From contig CAXXJJ010000004.1 of NCBI GenBank assembly GCA_963667015.2, forward strand, positions 384,001 to 448,000: 64,000 bases of DNA, given 5' to 3'. The first letter of the stretch is position 1, and every line of letters begins with the position of its first letter. The translations under genes were made by a program, and so were the position numbers. The DNA comes from Desulfatiglandales bacterium. GTDB lineage: Bacteria; Desulfobacterota; DSM-4660; Desulfatiglandales; HGW-15. The notes beneath the pieces are model-generated. The model made no database searches, was not told where the DNA came from, and saw only the letters and a program-made list of their open reading frames with translations. Shown here in pieces: positions 19,123 through 29,949 of the stretch.

Positions 19123-20271
19123 TCAATAGGTCAAATGTTTAACGATGAGTTTTTCATCTATCTTTGTTTCAAGTAACAGTTTCAATATTTTTTCCGAGGA
19201 ATGCCCGTCACCATATGGATTATCGATATTCTCCAGTAAGAATTTTCTAAATTTTGCGGAGATTGCTTTTTCTATTGCTGAGACTATTTCTTCTTCCTTG
19301 AATCCTACATCAATAACATTATTTCCCCTGAATCTAAGATGCTGACGCCTGCCAATATTGACTGCAGGTATTCTGAAAGTAGGAGCCTCCAGCAATCCTG
19401 AGCTTGAATTACCGACAATACATAAACAGTTTTTTAGAAGGCAAAGGTAGTCTTCACGCTTCAAGTTGGCATAAATGTGAAATTCCCCCTGTCTGTAATG
19501 ATTAATTGCATATTTTATATCGTTTGAACCGGCATCGTTATTAGGCATAATTAATATCTTCGGGAACTCAAATCGGTTAAGTGAGCGTATAAAGATTTCT
19601 GCCTGCTCTCTGGCACGATTACTTTCTTCGGTCACCGGATGCATTACTGCGAGAATGTAGCCACTGCTTAATTTAACACAAAGCTTTTCTTCAATATTAC
19701 ATAATTCACTATATTGAGCACTAACCAGTTCATCAAGTTGAGGTGCACCTACATTGAATATGCGAAAAGGTTCTTCTCCTAATTGAAGCAGTCTGTTTTT
19801 AGCATCTTCATTAGACGCTAAATGCAGGTGTACAAATTTTCCTATAGCATGTCTGGCCATGCCGTCAATATTCCCGGACAACTCTCCTGCCTGGATATGT
19901 GCGACAGGAGTATATGTGTAGCCTGCTGCAATTGCCCCCATAAGCTGTTCTCCGCGGTCACCTGCCAGGACCAGCCAATCGGGCTTTTCATTCTCGATTA
20001 TGTCAGGAAGTGAGCTTAAACATATTCCAAGTGATTTTGCCATAGTGTAATGAGAGTCGCCATCAAGAGACATATGTAACCGATAATGAATTGTAAACCC
20101 ATCATTTTCGATTTCTTTATAAGATTCACCAAAAGATGATAATAAGTGCATGTTTGTGACTATCAGCCGATATTCTATATCATCACGTTGTTCGATAAGA
20201 TGCAGTATGGGACGTATGTATCCCCATTCACCTCTTGAACCTGTTAAAAAAAGTATCTTTTTCTTTCCCAT
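19123..20271 (-). CDS. neuC: Hydrolysing UDP/GDP-N-acetylhexosamine 2-epimerase (NeuC/LegG family)
   Basis: TGSRGE, GDRGE, HIQAGE, GNSSSG and NPYGDG motifs. Confidence 0.88.
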   Translation of the reverse strand: MGKKKILFLTGSRGEWGYIRPILHLIEQRDDIEYRLIVTNMHLLSSFGESYKEIENDGFTIHYRLHMSLDGDSHYTMAKSLGICLSSLPDIIENEKPDWLVLAGDRGEQLMGAIAAGYTYTPVAHIQAGELSGNIDGMARHAIGKFVHLHLASNEDAKNRLLQLGEEPFRIFNVGAPQLDELVSAQYSELCNIEEKLCVKLSSGYILAVMHPVTEESNRAREQAEIFIRSLNRFEFPKILIMPNNDAGSNDIKYAINHYRQGEFHIYANLKREDYLCLLKNCLCIVGNSSSGLLEAPTFRIPAVNIGRRQHLRFRGNNVIDVGFKEEEIVSAIEKAISAKFRKFLLENIDNPYGDGHSSEKILKLLLETKIDEKLIVKHLTY

Positions 20272-20275
20272 GCTA

Positions 20276-21307
20276 CTACTCCAAATCTTCGTAACTGATC
20301 AGGGTATTTTTTTTTATTTTTCTTACGGCTTTACGCCCAATAATCTCGGGCATCTTATAGGATGGAATGCCTGTACCAGGGCGCTTTGACCAAACCATCT
20401 CCTCTGCAATGATATCACCAGGATGAATATCCTTTATGCTGACTATACTCCTGAAGGCCCACTGACGTATTGTTTCTTCTTTTGTGTGTACTTTTTTCTC
20501 GTTTCCCCCGGCAAGATACACCTTTCTTACTCCGTCAACAAGTTCATGAAGTTCGCTAAAGTCTATAGAAACCGATTGATCTGGGCCGGGAGTACGTTTA
20601 TCCAGTATTACATGCTTTTCGATGATTTTTGCACCGAATGCTACTGCAGCAAAACTTGTAAACAAATCGGGAGTGTGATCCGAGTGACCGATTACAACAT
20701 CAGGGTAACGACCGCCCATAATGGGAATTACTCCTAGATTTACATCTTCATAAACCGGTGGATATTCTGAAAGGCAATTTGTAAAAGCAAGTGGTCTGCC
20801 TGTTGCTTTTAAAGCTTCATAAGTACGGTCAATCTCATCAAGAGTACACATGCCGGTTGAAATTATCATCGGTTTACCAAATTCCGTCATTTTTAAAAGA
20901 GAAGGGATATCAGTCATCTCTCCCGAACCAATTTTTATTGCGTATAAAATGCCGGCGTCATTTAGTTCCCATGCTGCTTTATAGGAAAAAGGAGTACACA
21001 GATATGTTATTCCTATCTGGTCACAATATTTTTTAAGTTCAACATGCTGTTCAAGCTTTAAGGCGTGAAGCTTTAAAAACTCATATAGAGGTATATCAAA
21101 ATTACTTGACATAGGGACGTCAGGCAGCATTTCTTCATCAGGAAGGTGATGCTGAAATTTAATGCAGTCAGCGCCGGCAAGCTTTGCCTGCAGGGCCATT
21201 TCTTTAGCAACGTCAAGGTCTCCCATGTGATTGTCACATCCTTCGGCTATAACATATGGCAAATGTCCATCGCCAATCTTCCTGCCATTTATATTAATTT
21301 CACTCAC
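20276..21307 (-). CDS. neuB: Nonulosonic acid synthase (NeuB family, C-terminal SAF domain)
   Basis: IAEGCDNHMG, KIGSGE, HSDHT, IEKH and KRPGTG motifs; likely GTG start at 21307 after GGAGG. Confidence 0.88.
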   Translation of the reverse strand: MSEININGRKIGDGHLPYVIAEGCDNHMGDLDVAKEMALQAKLAGADCIKFQHHLPDEEMLPDVPMSSNFDIPLYEFLKLHALKLEQHVELKKYCDQIGITYLCTPFSYKAAWELNDAGILYAIKIGSGEMTDIPSLLKMTEFGKPMIISTGMCTLDEIDRTYEALKATGRPLAFTNCLSEYPPVYEDVNLGVIPIMGGRYPDVVIGHSDHTPDLFTSFAAVAFGAKIIEKHVILDKRTPGPDQSVSIDFSELHELVDGVRKVYLAGGNEKKVHTKEETIRQWAFRSIVSIKDIHPGDIIAEEMVWSKRPGTGIPSYKMPEIIGRKAVRKIKKNTLISYEDLE

Positions 21308-23090
21308 GTTGCAATGCCTCCATGTATTTTTCAAAGTTTGAGTATTTATCATATTCATCTTTTGATAAAAATGGATACAGGTCATCAAAAGCTGGAGATA
21401 CAATTCGTCCATCCGGTAAAATTTTACTTTTGCTTTTTGGTTCGATCGACTGTGTCCTGTCAGAAATAATCTCACAAATACAGTAACCCGGTGTATTTAT
21501 AATCTCGGGAAGTTTTGTCTCAAGGTCAGCGTGGTTTTTACAAAGGTAATAAGGTATGTCGTATGCATATGCAATCCTGGAAAATTCAGGGAAACTTATC
21601 CCGCTTTCTTCTGTACAGCCAGTCAATCGACCGAAAAAATTTGTGTGTGTCTGAACTATGGCAAAGTATCCGCCATTAGAATGTATGAAGATTTTTACAG
21701 GTAATTTATTGTGAACTATAGTCTGCAGTTCCTGAATATTCATTTGTATACTGCCATCACCAGTAACACATACCACAGTGTTCTTTGCTGCTACGGCAGC
21801 ACCTATTGCCGCAGGCAAGTCGTAGCCCATTGTGCCGCAATTAGTGTTGCCCCATAACCTTTGACCTTCCTTGTCTATTCCGAATTGGCGGACACAGTCA
21901 CAAGCACAGCTGTTACCAACGACTGTTACACTATTTTTATCAAGATTTTTATTTAATTCATTTGAAAAATAGTATGGATTTACACTTTCCGACTGTTCAT
22001 ATTTATTTTTAAAAATAGGGAAGTCTTTTTTTAATCCGTGACAATATTCCAGCCAGTTGCTATCAACATTTTTGAAGACCACTTCTTTTTCTATAATAAT
22101 GTCCAGAAAATCACTGATATCGGTATTAACTTTATAGTCAATATTTATTGTAGGTTTCTTTAATTCTTCAGAGTCTACATCAACAACGATCTTTGTTGCC
22201 TTTGGGGCAAAAGTTGAATAATTGAAACCTGTCTGCTTAAAAGATAAACGACAACCCATAACAAGAAGACAATCTGAATTCTGAATTATAAAGTTTCCCG
22301 CTCTTCCCCCGATAACCCCAAAGTTTCCGCAATACAGTCTGTGATGTTTAGGGAACAGGTCTGAAATAGCGGTTGCAACAACTACCGGAACATTAAGCTT
22401 TTCAATAACTTTTCTGAATTTTGCATATACTTCTGCAGTACGTATGGCTGAACCTGCAAGAATAACAGGTCTTTTGGCTTTGCCAATCTCACCCTTTAAG
22501 TTATTAATATTAATTTCAGGCTGTTCAGGATTTGGCTTTGTGAAACATGCAAGTTCTTCAGGATCAATCTGGGCACCCTGAACATCAAGAGGAACGTCTA
22601 TCCAGCAGGGCCCCCTGCGTCCATGGGTAGCTTCATAAACAGCTTTTTCAATGTGATACCTGATTTCTGAAGCATCCTTAACAGTAACTGCATATTTTGT
22701 CATAGACTTTACAGTGTCTACTATGTAATGCTCCTGTTCCCCAAATTGTCTGAGGTTCAGTCCTGTACTCTCGACTGTAGTTTCATAGCGAACCTGACCG
22801 GATATTACCAGCATAGGAATATTGTCCTGCCATGCACATAGAAGTCCGGTTATAGCATTCGTGCCTCCCGGGCCTGTTGTTACACAAACTGCAGCTAATT
22901 CATTGTTAATGCGTGCATATCCTTCAGCAGCTATGGCTGAGGCCTGCTCATGATGATTATAGATGCATTCTAATTTGTCACAGTTACCAAATGCATCATT
23001 TAAGTGCATGGCGCCTCCTCCTACAACAGAGAATACTGTATTTATTCCATTGTCTATTAACAATTTGGCAATGTATTCGGCGACTTTCAT
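21300..23090 (-). CDS. Thiamine-pyrophosphate enzyme (acetolactate synthase-like / YerE-like)
   Basis: HHEQ, TTGPGGTN and GDGS..MNIQE..N TPP motif; located in a sugar locus with rfbFGH. Confidence 0.85.
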   Translation of the reverse strand: MKVAEYIAKLLIDNGINTVFSVVGGGAMHLNDAFGNCDKLECIYNHHEQASAIAAEGYARINNELAAVCVTTGPGGTNAITGLLCAWQDNIPMLVISGQVRYETTVESTGLNLRQFGEQEHYIVDTVKSMTKYAVTVKDASEIRYHIEKAVYEATHGRRGPCWIDVPLDVQGAQIDPEELACFTKPNPEQPEININNLKGEIGKAKRPVILAGSAIRTAEVYAKFRKVIEKLNVPVVVATAISDLFPKHHRLYCGNFGVIGGRAGNFIIQNSDCLLVMGCRLSFKQTGFNYSTFAPKATKIVVDVDSEELKKPTINIDYKVNTDISDFLDIIIEKEVVFKNVDSNWLEYCHGLKKDFPIFKNKYEQSESVNPYYFSNELNKNLDKNSVTVVGNSCACDCVRQFGIDKEGQRLWGNTNCGTMGYDLPAAIGAAVAAKNTVVCVTGDGSIQMNIQELQTIVHNKLPVKIFIHSNGGYFAIVQTHTNFFGRLTGCTEESGISFPEFSRIAYAYDIPYYLCKNHADLETKLPEIINTPGYCICEIISDRTQSIEPKSKSKILPDGRIVSPAFDDLYPFLSKDEYDKYSNFEKYMEALQRE

Positions 23091-23941
23091 AGTTCATTTC
23101 CATTCGACTGCCAGGCAATCTGCATGGCAATACCATCTTTAATTGATATTTTAGGTATTACACCACTCTCTGTAAAAAAACGATTTCCATTCGAAGTATA
23201 TTCCAGGTTCAAACCCTCATGAAGGATTTTAACAGGCTGCCTGGAATTCATTTGTCGAAGTACTTCTCCTGCTATTTCAGACAGGAAACACGGTGAATTT
23301 CCGGATGCATTATACATATGGTATTTCATTTCATTATCAATCATCCATTCCATAATCCTGGCAAGGTCATATACATGAATATAGTCAAACCTGCATTCCT
23401 GGCGAATTGTGACAGGTTCTTCTTTTAAGCAGGAGTTTATACAGTGCGTTATGAATTTTGTATGATAATCATAGGGACCATAGCAGCCAAAAACACATAA
23501 ATTATAAATATTATTACTCGTGTGAGAAAGTTTGTTCATAATATATTTAGCAAGTCCGTATGATTCAGTGGGCATAGAACGGAAACACTCTTCCTCTTTT
23601 ACGGATTTGATATCCATAGTTTTATTGTACTCTGCACCCGACCCAACATATATCATTTTTCCATACAGGTTTCCTGCATCGCAGAAATTCATGAACATGC
23701 GAAGGCTGTCTTCAAACATGGTTTCGGATTTATCATATTCTGAGTTCTTGACCGGATTAGGGTTTGCACAATGAAGAATCACATCAAACTTATTATCTGA
23801 CAGGTATGAACGTACTTCTGTTTTATCAAACAAATTGAGAGTTTTTCTTGTGGGGGCATACATTTTATATTTTTTCCTTAAAACAGGCAGAATGTTCAGC
23901 CCCATAAAACCGCTTCCACCTGTAAATAGTATTTTTTTCAT
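23087..23941 (-). CDS. NAD-dependent epimerase/dehydratase/reductase (extended SDR)
   Basis: TGGSGFMG, GSGAEY and YGLAK motifs. Confidence 0.85.
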   Translation of the reverse strand: MKKILFTGGSGFMGLNILPVLRKKYKMYAPTRKTLNLFDKTEVRSYLSDNKFDVILHCANPNPVKNSEYDKSETMFEDSLRMFMNFCDAGNLYGKMIYVGSGAEYNKTMDIKSVKEEECFRSMPTESYGLAKYIMNKLSHTSNNIYNLCVFGCYGPYDYHTKFITHCINSCLKEEPVTIRQECRFDYIHVYDLARIMEWMIDNEMKYHMYNASGNSPCFLSEIAGEVLRQMNSRQPVKILHEGLNLEYTSNGNRFFTESGVIPKISIKDGIAMQIAWQSNGNEL

Positions 23942-23949
23942 TTTATTAT

Positions 23950-25290
23950 TCAGAAGTTGTTTTCGCTTATGTATTCTCTGTCACACAGATAATAGGAATT
24001 ATTAGGCAATTCCTTTTCTTTAAATAAATTTTCTGCCTCAGTTTTGGCCACGAACGTTGTTACAAAAACTATTATGTTCTCATCTCTGGCTATTGTTTCA
24101 GGTTTTTTTGAAGCTATTCCATGAAAATTCACAGCTTGTTTTGCATCATAAATCTTAACAAGCTCTGAATTTGTGAAATTATCTGTCATATACTTATGAA
24201 TGGCTTCCGCATTATTATTAACCCCCCAAAATGCGTATCTTATCCTGTCGTTTTTGTTCCAGTATCTATTAATAAATTCAATTGCTCCATCATAATAATC
24301 TATTAAACCGACATTTTTCCATTTATCATAGTACAAGAGATCACAGAGTTTATCAGTTGCATTTTGAAATTCCTGAGAGCTTAACCTTAATGATTTTCTG
24401 TTAAGCAACACAGGATTACTTTTATCAATTTCATTAACTGCATCAAGCATTCTAGATTTTGCAATCTGCTTCATAAGTCTTTTTTGTGCTGAAAAATCCA
24501 CTGTCTCAGGATTCCAGTTTGCTGTTGAAATATTTTCCCTGGTATAAAAGTTTCCAATTCCTTTAAGCCAGCTGAATCTGTAAGTATATGCCTCGTTGAT
24601 AAGAATATAGGGGATATCATATGCTATAGCTAATGCTGCGCCATGGAATCTTGATGTAACTACAAGGCGGGCTTTCTCCCGATAAAGTGACATAATCATA
24701 TCAGCATATTCAGATGGGCTGACTCCTTCCGGCAATTCGTGAAGTGAGCGTTCCTGTTTTATGAACACTATGTCTTTTTTTATTGTTTCGGGGATATATT
24801 CACGGGCAAATAGAGGAACATCGGAAAAAAGGATTTTATCGGCTTTTTCATTGTGTTTATTATTTGAAAGAGTTGCGACGAGGCAGCCGAGTAAGAATGC
24901 CTTTATTCCATGCTTTTGCATTACATCCAGAGTATGTTCATCTCTACAGGCAACAGGTTCATTGGCTTTCAATGTTTGAATCTGTTTTTCAGAAAGCAAT
25001 GTTTCAGTCATTGATATTGCAAGAAATACTGGTTTGATTTTGGGAGACGCCTTAAAAATGGCATTATTCTCGTGAAATTTAGGTACATGTATGCAGATAG
25101 GAAGTATCACTTCCTCTCCGTCGTATTTTTCGACTTCACAGGTTTTGATCTCAACTATTTCATCTTCCGAAACACCCAGTTCTGAATAAAGGTTCATAAC
25201 AGAACGAGTCATATATATTGCGCCGACATTGGTTTCTCCGGAAGATACATTATTTTGTAAAGTATCTGAATTCAGTACGGCAAATTTCAT
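23950..25290 (-). CDS. Polysaccharide pyruvyltransferase-like protein
   Basis: NVG, ACRD and VVTSRFH motifs; paralogue of 27206..28441. Confidence 0.65.
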   Translation of the reverse strand: MKFAVLNSDTLQNNVSSGETNVGAIYMTRSVMNLYSELGVSEDEIVEIKTCEVEKYDGEEVILPICIHVPKFHENNAIFKASPKIKPVFLAISMTETLLSEKQIQTLKANEPVACRDEHTLDVMQKHGIKAFLLGCLVATLSNNKHNEKADKILFSDVPLFAREYIPETIKKDIVFIKQERSLHELPEGVSPSEYADMIMSLYREKARLVVTSRFHGAALAIAYDIPYILINEAYTYRFSWLKGIGNFYTRENISTANWNPETVDFSAQKRLMKQIAKSRMLDAVNEIDKSNPVLLNRKSLRLSSQEFQNATDKLCDLLYYDKWKNVGLIDYYDGAIEFINRYWNKNDRIRYAFWGVNNNAEAIHKYMTDNFTNSELVKIYDAKQAVNFHGIASKKPETIARDENIIVFVTTFVAKTEAENLFKEKELPNNSYYLCDREYISENNF

Positions 25291-27191
25291 TTTGTCCCCT
25301 CAATTTCAATAATAGTATTGCAAAATTCTTTTGCATACTGCTCGTATGCTCTTGTATTTAAATGCCAGGGAAAGCACCCGTGTTTATGCAGTTCATCACA
25401 GTACATGAGATTATCGTCGTTTAAATTAACTATATTGCTGACTCCACACTTTTTAACAGCATAGTCGTAATACTCATTTAACATATCATTTATGTTTGAG
25501 ATCTCTTCCCTGTTTTCAAAATACTTCCAATCATTATTGCTTCCATATTTTTCGCAGAGAAGCATCCTGATAAGAATAATTTTTGTGCTGCTGAAATTCG
25601 AATTGAGAAATTCTAACAGTGATTTAAAGCTCTCTTTGAAATTGTTTATTGTTTTTTCTTTGTTGATTGCCTGCAGACTGAAGTGATTTAAAAAGTCACT
25701 GTCTTTTAATGCATCGCTTATTGTTATAATAGAATTATTGTATTCGGCGATTTTGAATCTCTCTTCAAGAAAATCAATCACTATATAATCAATGTCTTTG
25801 ATGTTGATGTCTTTAAAGTTTTTTTCAAAATCGCCATTCATCATTTGTGCTCTGAACGGATTTTTCGGCATACTTACAGATGATGGTATTTTGCATGCAG
25901 TTGACATTACGCTGGTAAGACTTGAATTGCTGTATTGGAAACTCAGAGTGCACATTGATGCATCCACAGCAGTGTTTAAAATCTCTCTGCTGTTATAACT
26001 TCCAAATAATCCGAAATTTAATGATAACTCAGGAACAGCTGCTAAATATCCGAGGTGCTTCCTTATCAGCGCTTCGGGAGTTTTTTGAGCCTCTGCAAAC
26101 TCAGTAAAAAAAGCATCTCTATTTCTATGCTTTGGTTCAGGTATAAATACAACGCGGTTTTGCTTTGCAATAGTCTCGACGTCAACTTTAAGCAACTGCA
26201 CATATTCCTCAATTTCTTTAAGAGCAAATTCACCTATTTCAGTATGAATTATTATAGCAGAGACACCTCCATCAACACAGAATTCCGGTATAAATGTATC
26301 CGCTCCCCAAAAATCGCCTATTGAGGCATCTGCTCCTGAAAAACATCTGTTAAGTTTGAATTTACAATTATAGCAGCTTGTTCTGGTAATTAACTCTTTG
26401 GCGAATGCTTTAACAAATGGGTCCTGTGCAAAAGGCGTGGCATATTCCGAACCATTTTCAAAGTCCATTTTAAAAACAGGATTTTTCCATCCGCATTTTA
26501 CTATACTCGTATTTGTGTCATCGTCTGAATTATTTCTATACTTATGCCTGAAATCGACTGATATCAGCTTACTTTTATACTCCAATTCTTTCTGCAATAT
26601 GTATTGTTCCCATACTCCGGGACTGGCTATAGCATGACAAAACAACTGGATACAAATTAGATTATCATACTTTTTTTTTAGATATGAAGTAAGACCAGCC
26701 ACCTGGCAGGGAGTTCCTGAAAATAATACATTTATCCCCCGGTCAAGCTGAATTTTAATATCCTGATATGTTTTCCCTGTATCACTCTGCAGGTATTTTG
26801 ATTTGCGAAGGCTTTGTAAATCTCTGATATTATCAACCCTAATATGTTTTACATTAAACCTGCTGTCATATGATGCCCCATACACAAGACCGTTATTTTG
26901 AATCACCTTATATGCCAGTGCGTAAAAAGCGCCTCCGGAAGCACTGTTGAAAATATCATCATGATCTTTCAGCTTTAATGCGTAAGCTGAAATAAAGTCA
27001 TATTTCTTTTCCTCTTTTTCTACCAGGACAGGGCAAACTTCCATACATTTACCGCATTCTACACAGGTATCTGTATCAACAAGAGGATAACTGAATCCAT
27101 CTGCCTTTTGCTGCATTTTTATGCTGTCATATTCGCATATATTTGCACATGATCCGCAGCCAGTGCAAAATTCAATCATATTATTTTTCAT
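25287..27191 (-). CDS. 2x[4Fe-4S] + F420 hydrogenase beta-like domain fused to an extra C-terminal domain
   Basis: CxxCxxCxxxC twice, SASGG, SKYLQS, GTPCQ, SCYNC and GDFWG motifs; start likely MKNNMIEF (27191). Confidence 0.8.
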   Translation of the reverse strand: MKNNMIEFCTGCGSCANICEYDSIKMQQKADGFSYPLVDTDTCVECGKCMEVCPVLVEKEEKKYDFISAYALKLKDHDDIFNSASGGAFYALAYKVIQNNGLVYGASYDSRFNVKHIRVDNIRDLQSLRKSKYLQSDTGKTYQDIKIQLDRGINVLFSGTPCQVAGLTSYLKKKYDNLICIQLFCHAIASPGVWEQYILQKELEYKSKLISVDFRHKYRNNSDDDTNTSIVKCGWKNPVFKMDFENGSEYATPFAQDPFVKAFAKELITRTSCYNCKFKLNRCFSGADASIGDFWGADTFIPEFCVDGGVSAIIIHTEIGEFALKEIEEYVQLLKVDVETIAKQNRVVFIPEPKHRNRDAFFTEFAEAQKTPEALIRKHLGYLAAVPELSLNFGLFGSYNSREILNTAVDASMCTLSFQYSNSSLTSVMSTACKIPSSVSMPKNPFRAQMMNGDFEKNFKDINIKDIDYIVIDFLEERFKIAEYNNSIITISDALKDSDFLNHFSLQAINKEKTINNFKESFKSLLEFLNSNFSSTKIILIRMLLCEKYGSNNDWKYFENREEISNINDMLNEYYDYAVKKCGVSNIVNLNDDNLMYCDELHKHGCFPWHLNTRAYEQYAKEFCNTIIEIEGTK

Positions 27192-27205
27192 ATTGATTCT
27201 GATTT

Positions 27206-28441
27206 TCAAATGCCCTGTGTTCGCCAGTACCATACCTGATTCAAATCTTTTCCAATTTTGTCAAAATATGACTTAGCGTATTTAGCTGCTGCAGAGGCTG
27301 CAACAAAGAAAAACATATTGTCTGTCCCTTGTAATTCTTCAATTTTTTGTGTCTGCTTACCAAAAAAATCCATTTGTTTATAAGTATCAATGATAGCTTC
27401 CAATCTGGCATTTGGATATTCTTTTTCAATATACTCTATAATGAGAGAGGCGTGTTGACAGACTCCCCACAAGGCATATTTGTATTCTCCATATTTATCC
27501 CACGCTTTATTTATATAATCCTTAAACTCTTCCAGGACATCTAATGCATATCCTCTTTTTTTACGTTTCTCATATATTGAAGATAATTCTGTAATTTCAT
27601 CTTTATATGGCTTGCCGGCTAATCTATTTTTTGCTGCCTGAGCAATCAGTTTTTTTTGCTTCTCATATTTTACAGCCTTACAGTCCCAATTAATTTCATT
27701 ATACATATCAGGCGTATACACTGGCATTATATCTTCCAGCCAGGTGAATCTGTAGTTGAACCTCTTATGTATGAATATTACCGGAATTCCCATAGCCATG
27801 CAGGGTACAGCACAATGCAATCTTGAAGTGACAACCATAGAAGCATTTTCGCAATACTCTTTCAAAATTTCTCTGGCTAATGATATTGTATCAGTGTTAC
27901 TTTCTAAACCATAAAAGAGATGACTTTTTTTAATTGCATTATCTTTTATTTGTTCTGGAATATATGGTTCAAGGTTTTCGTATGTATCAATGAAGTATAT
28001 TTTATTCTGCTTCTTTACACCTTTATACGCAGAAAATGTTGCAGTGATGCAGCCGCTAAGGTACGCATCAATACCCAACACTTTGAGCCCGTTTGATGTA
28101 TGCTCATCCCTGCATCCAATAGGTTCAAATTGCTTCAGATAGTTAATGTCATCTTCTTTTAGGTTTGTGTTTAATAAGCTTAAGCCGAGAAATACAGGAT
28201 GGATTTTGGGCGAAAAACACGTAACGCATCCATTTGTTTCATTGTAGCCAAAGAACGGAAAACAGATCGGTAGTATTACTTCTTCTCCGTCGTATGTAGT
28301 TAAGTCATAAAAATCAATGTCTATAATATTCTCTTCAGCTATATCAATTTCTTGATAAATCTTCATTGTTGCTAAAATCTGAATATCATCACCAATATTA
28401 ACAACGCCTTTTCTGTTATATTTAATTATGCCGTATTTCAA
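27206..28441 (-). CDS. Polysaccharide pyruvyltransferase family protein
   Basis: NIGDDIQ, PIGCRD and VVTSRLHCAVPC.AMGIPV motifs. Confidence 0.75.
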   Translation of the reverse strand: MKYGIIKYNRKGVVNIGDDIQILATMKIYQEIDIAEENIIDIDFYDLTTYDGEEVILPICFPFFGYNETNGCVTCFSPKIHPVFLGLSLLNTNLKEDDINYLKQFEPIGCRDEHTSNGLKVLGIDAYLSGCITATFSAYKGVKKQNKIYFIDTYENLEPYIPEQIKDNAIKKSHLFYGLESNTDTISLAREILKEYCENASMVVTSRLHCAVPCMAMGIPVIFIHKRFNYRFTWLEDIMPVYTPDMYNEINWDCKAVKYEKQKKLIAQAAKNRLAGKPYKDEITELSSIYEKRKKRGYALDVLEEFKDYINKAWDKYGEYKYALWGVCQHASLIIEYIEKEYPNARLEAIIDTYKQMDFFGKQTQKIEELQGTDNMFFFVAASAAAKYAKSYFDKIGKDLNQVWYWRTQGI

Positions 28442-28652
28442 AATATTTGCTCCTTTTGTGATATTGAACCGGCTTGGTTTTATTAAAAGTGCACAAACTC
28501 AATGAATGTAATTGTTACAGGACATTTTCAACCTTTCGGGGAAAACCATTTGTTTTTATAAAGGGAATAATGTAGTTTCTATCGGAAATGCAAATTTGAA
28601 TATCTATTTATGGAATTAATACTCTCAAGCAGGATAACAGTTAGGGGCTCCT

Positions 28653-29918
28653 ATGATTACATTTCCAATTAAAGGCGTAAAATGGTTCCGTGAAATTATA
28701 AATGACCAGCAGCGTCAATTCGGTGTAGAGGCTCATAATGTTTTTCCAGAAAAAAAATTGCCTGTATTACCATACGGAAAAGGTACCAGCATCATAAGAC
28801 TTCCTGAACAACAAAGACTTGTAGAGGATATGGAGTATCATTTCGGAGGTTTGCCAGCCACAAGAATATTTCCTGAAACATATGCTGCCACAATTCAAAA
28901 TGGGACTATTGTAGGGCATAGTGGAATGATTATAACTCCTGATGGTTATCTCATTGCAGAAACTGCCAGCATGACCGGCTTTAGAGACGGTCGTTCTTTT
29001 ATGATTGAGGATTTGAGAAATCCATCTTTCAAGCCTCCTTATCGGGGCCATTTGAACAGCTGGATTCTTTCCGCCGCAAACCCCAATGGCGGATATGCAC
29101 ATCATATGCGTGAAAGTTTTTTTCCTCTGCTCTGGTTTGACAATCATGATATCGATTTAATCCATGTTTCCGAAGGGACAAACGCCGAGCGAATGTATGA
29201 ATTTACTGAACACCTCGGTGTTCCAAAAGAAATGTTTTTGGTTGGAAAGCGAACAGAGACAATTTCGGCTGATCGAGTCTCATTTTTTGCTCCCTGCGCT
29301 GTTCCGCTATATCGTCCTGAAACAGAGGATATGGTCAGAAAATTATTACTGGAGCCATTTAGAAGAGAAGATATAAAACCAACCAAAAAAGTATTCCTTA
29401 AATCTGGAACAAAAACAGCTGGCGCTCATGCCAGAAAAGTTACAGGTATTGATCAGCTTGAACAATTTTTAGAAGAGAAAGGTTTCGAGGTTATTGATCC
29501 TGCGGTTTTCTCCCTGCCGGAAAAGATTGACTTTCTGCAGGAAGTAGAAACAGCATTAATGACATATGGTTCTGCAGGGGCAAACGTTGAGCTTTCATTG
29601 AACTATAAAATGAAAACAATCTCTATTCCAAAGCCTATTTCAATTATTCAAGGTAATATTATGGGGCATAACGGACAGCTTCCTACATATTCCTGCCCTG
29701 TTATATTCCCTGTATATCCTGAATATTGTAAGTATAACGGATATTTAATGACTCAGGAGATGGCTTCGATTTATTACAGCTCAAGACGGCCGACAGGTCA
29801 GTTTTTTCCGCGCCATTCTCCTGACTTTACCAGTAATTTCGGTTTGTCAATTGACATGGATATCTTTAAAAGGTTTTACAATTTTTATGTGGAAAATATA
29901 GAATTACAGGTTCAGTAA
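28653..29918 (+). CDS. Glycosyltransferase family 61 (DUF563)-like protein
   Basis: 421-aa ORF; YAHHMRE, RKV...LEEKGFEVIDP...SLPEKI and YGSAGAN resemble GT61 motifs. Confidence 0.55.
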   Translation: MITFPIKGVKWFREIINDQQRQFGVEAHNVFPEKKLPVLPYGKGTSIIRLPEQQRLVEDMEYHFGGLPATRIFPETYAATIQNGTIVGHSGMIITPDGYLIAETASMTGFRDGRSFMIEDLRNPSFKPPYRGHLNSWILSAANPNGGYAHHMRESFFPLLWFDNHDIDLIHVSEGTNAERMYEFTEHLGVPKEMFLVGKRTETISADRVSFFAPCAVPLYRPETEDMVRKLLLEPFRREDIKPTKKVFLKSGTKTAGAHARKVTGIDQLEQFLEEKGFEVIDPAVFSLPEKIDFLQEVETALMTYGSAGANVELSLNYKMKTISIPKPISIIQGNIMGHNGQLPTYSCPVIFPVYPEYCKYNGYLMTQEMASIYYSSRRPTGQFFPRHSPDFTSNFGLSIDMDIFKRFYNFYVENIELQVQ

Positions 29919-29949
29919 CGGCTGGTTCATAAACATCATATGAACTTGT

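Noticed and set aside
21308..21475. N-terminal extension of neuB; similar over-long starts at 27233, 48353, 59722, 7985 and 5217
   Set aside because: Extensions overlap upstream genes or precede the RBS; downstream starts fit the RBS and/or domain boundaries better
28465..29929. Invertible segment around the GT61-like gene (TGAACCGGC versus GCTGGTTCA)
   Set aside because: The match is only about 9 bp and imperfect, and there is no recombinase in the window
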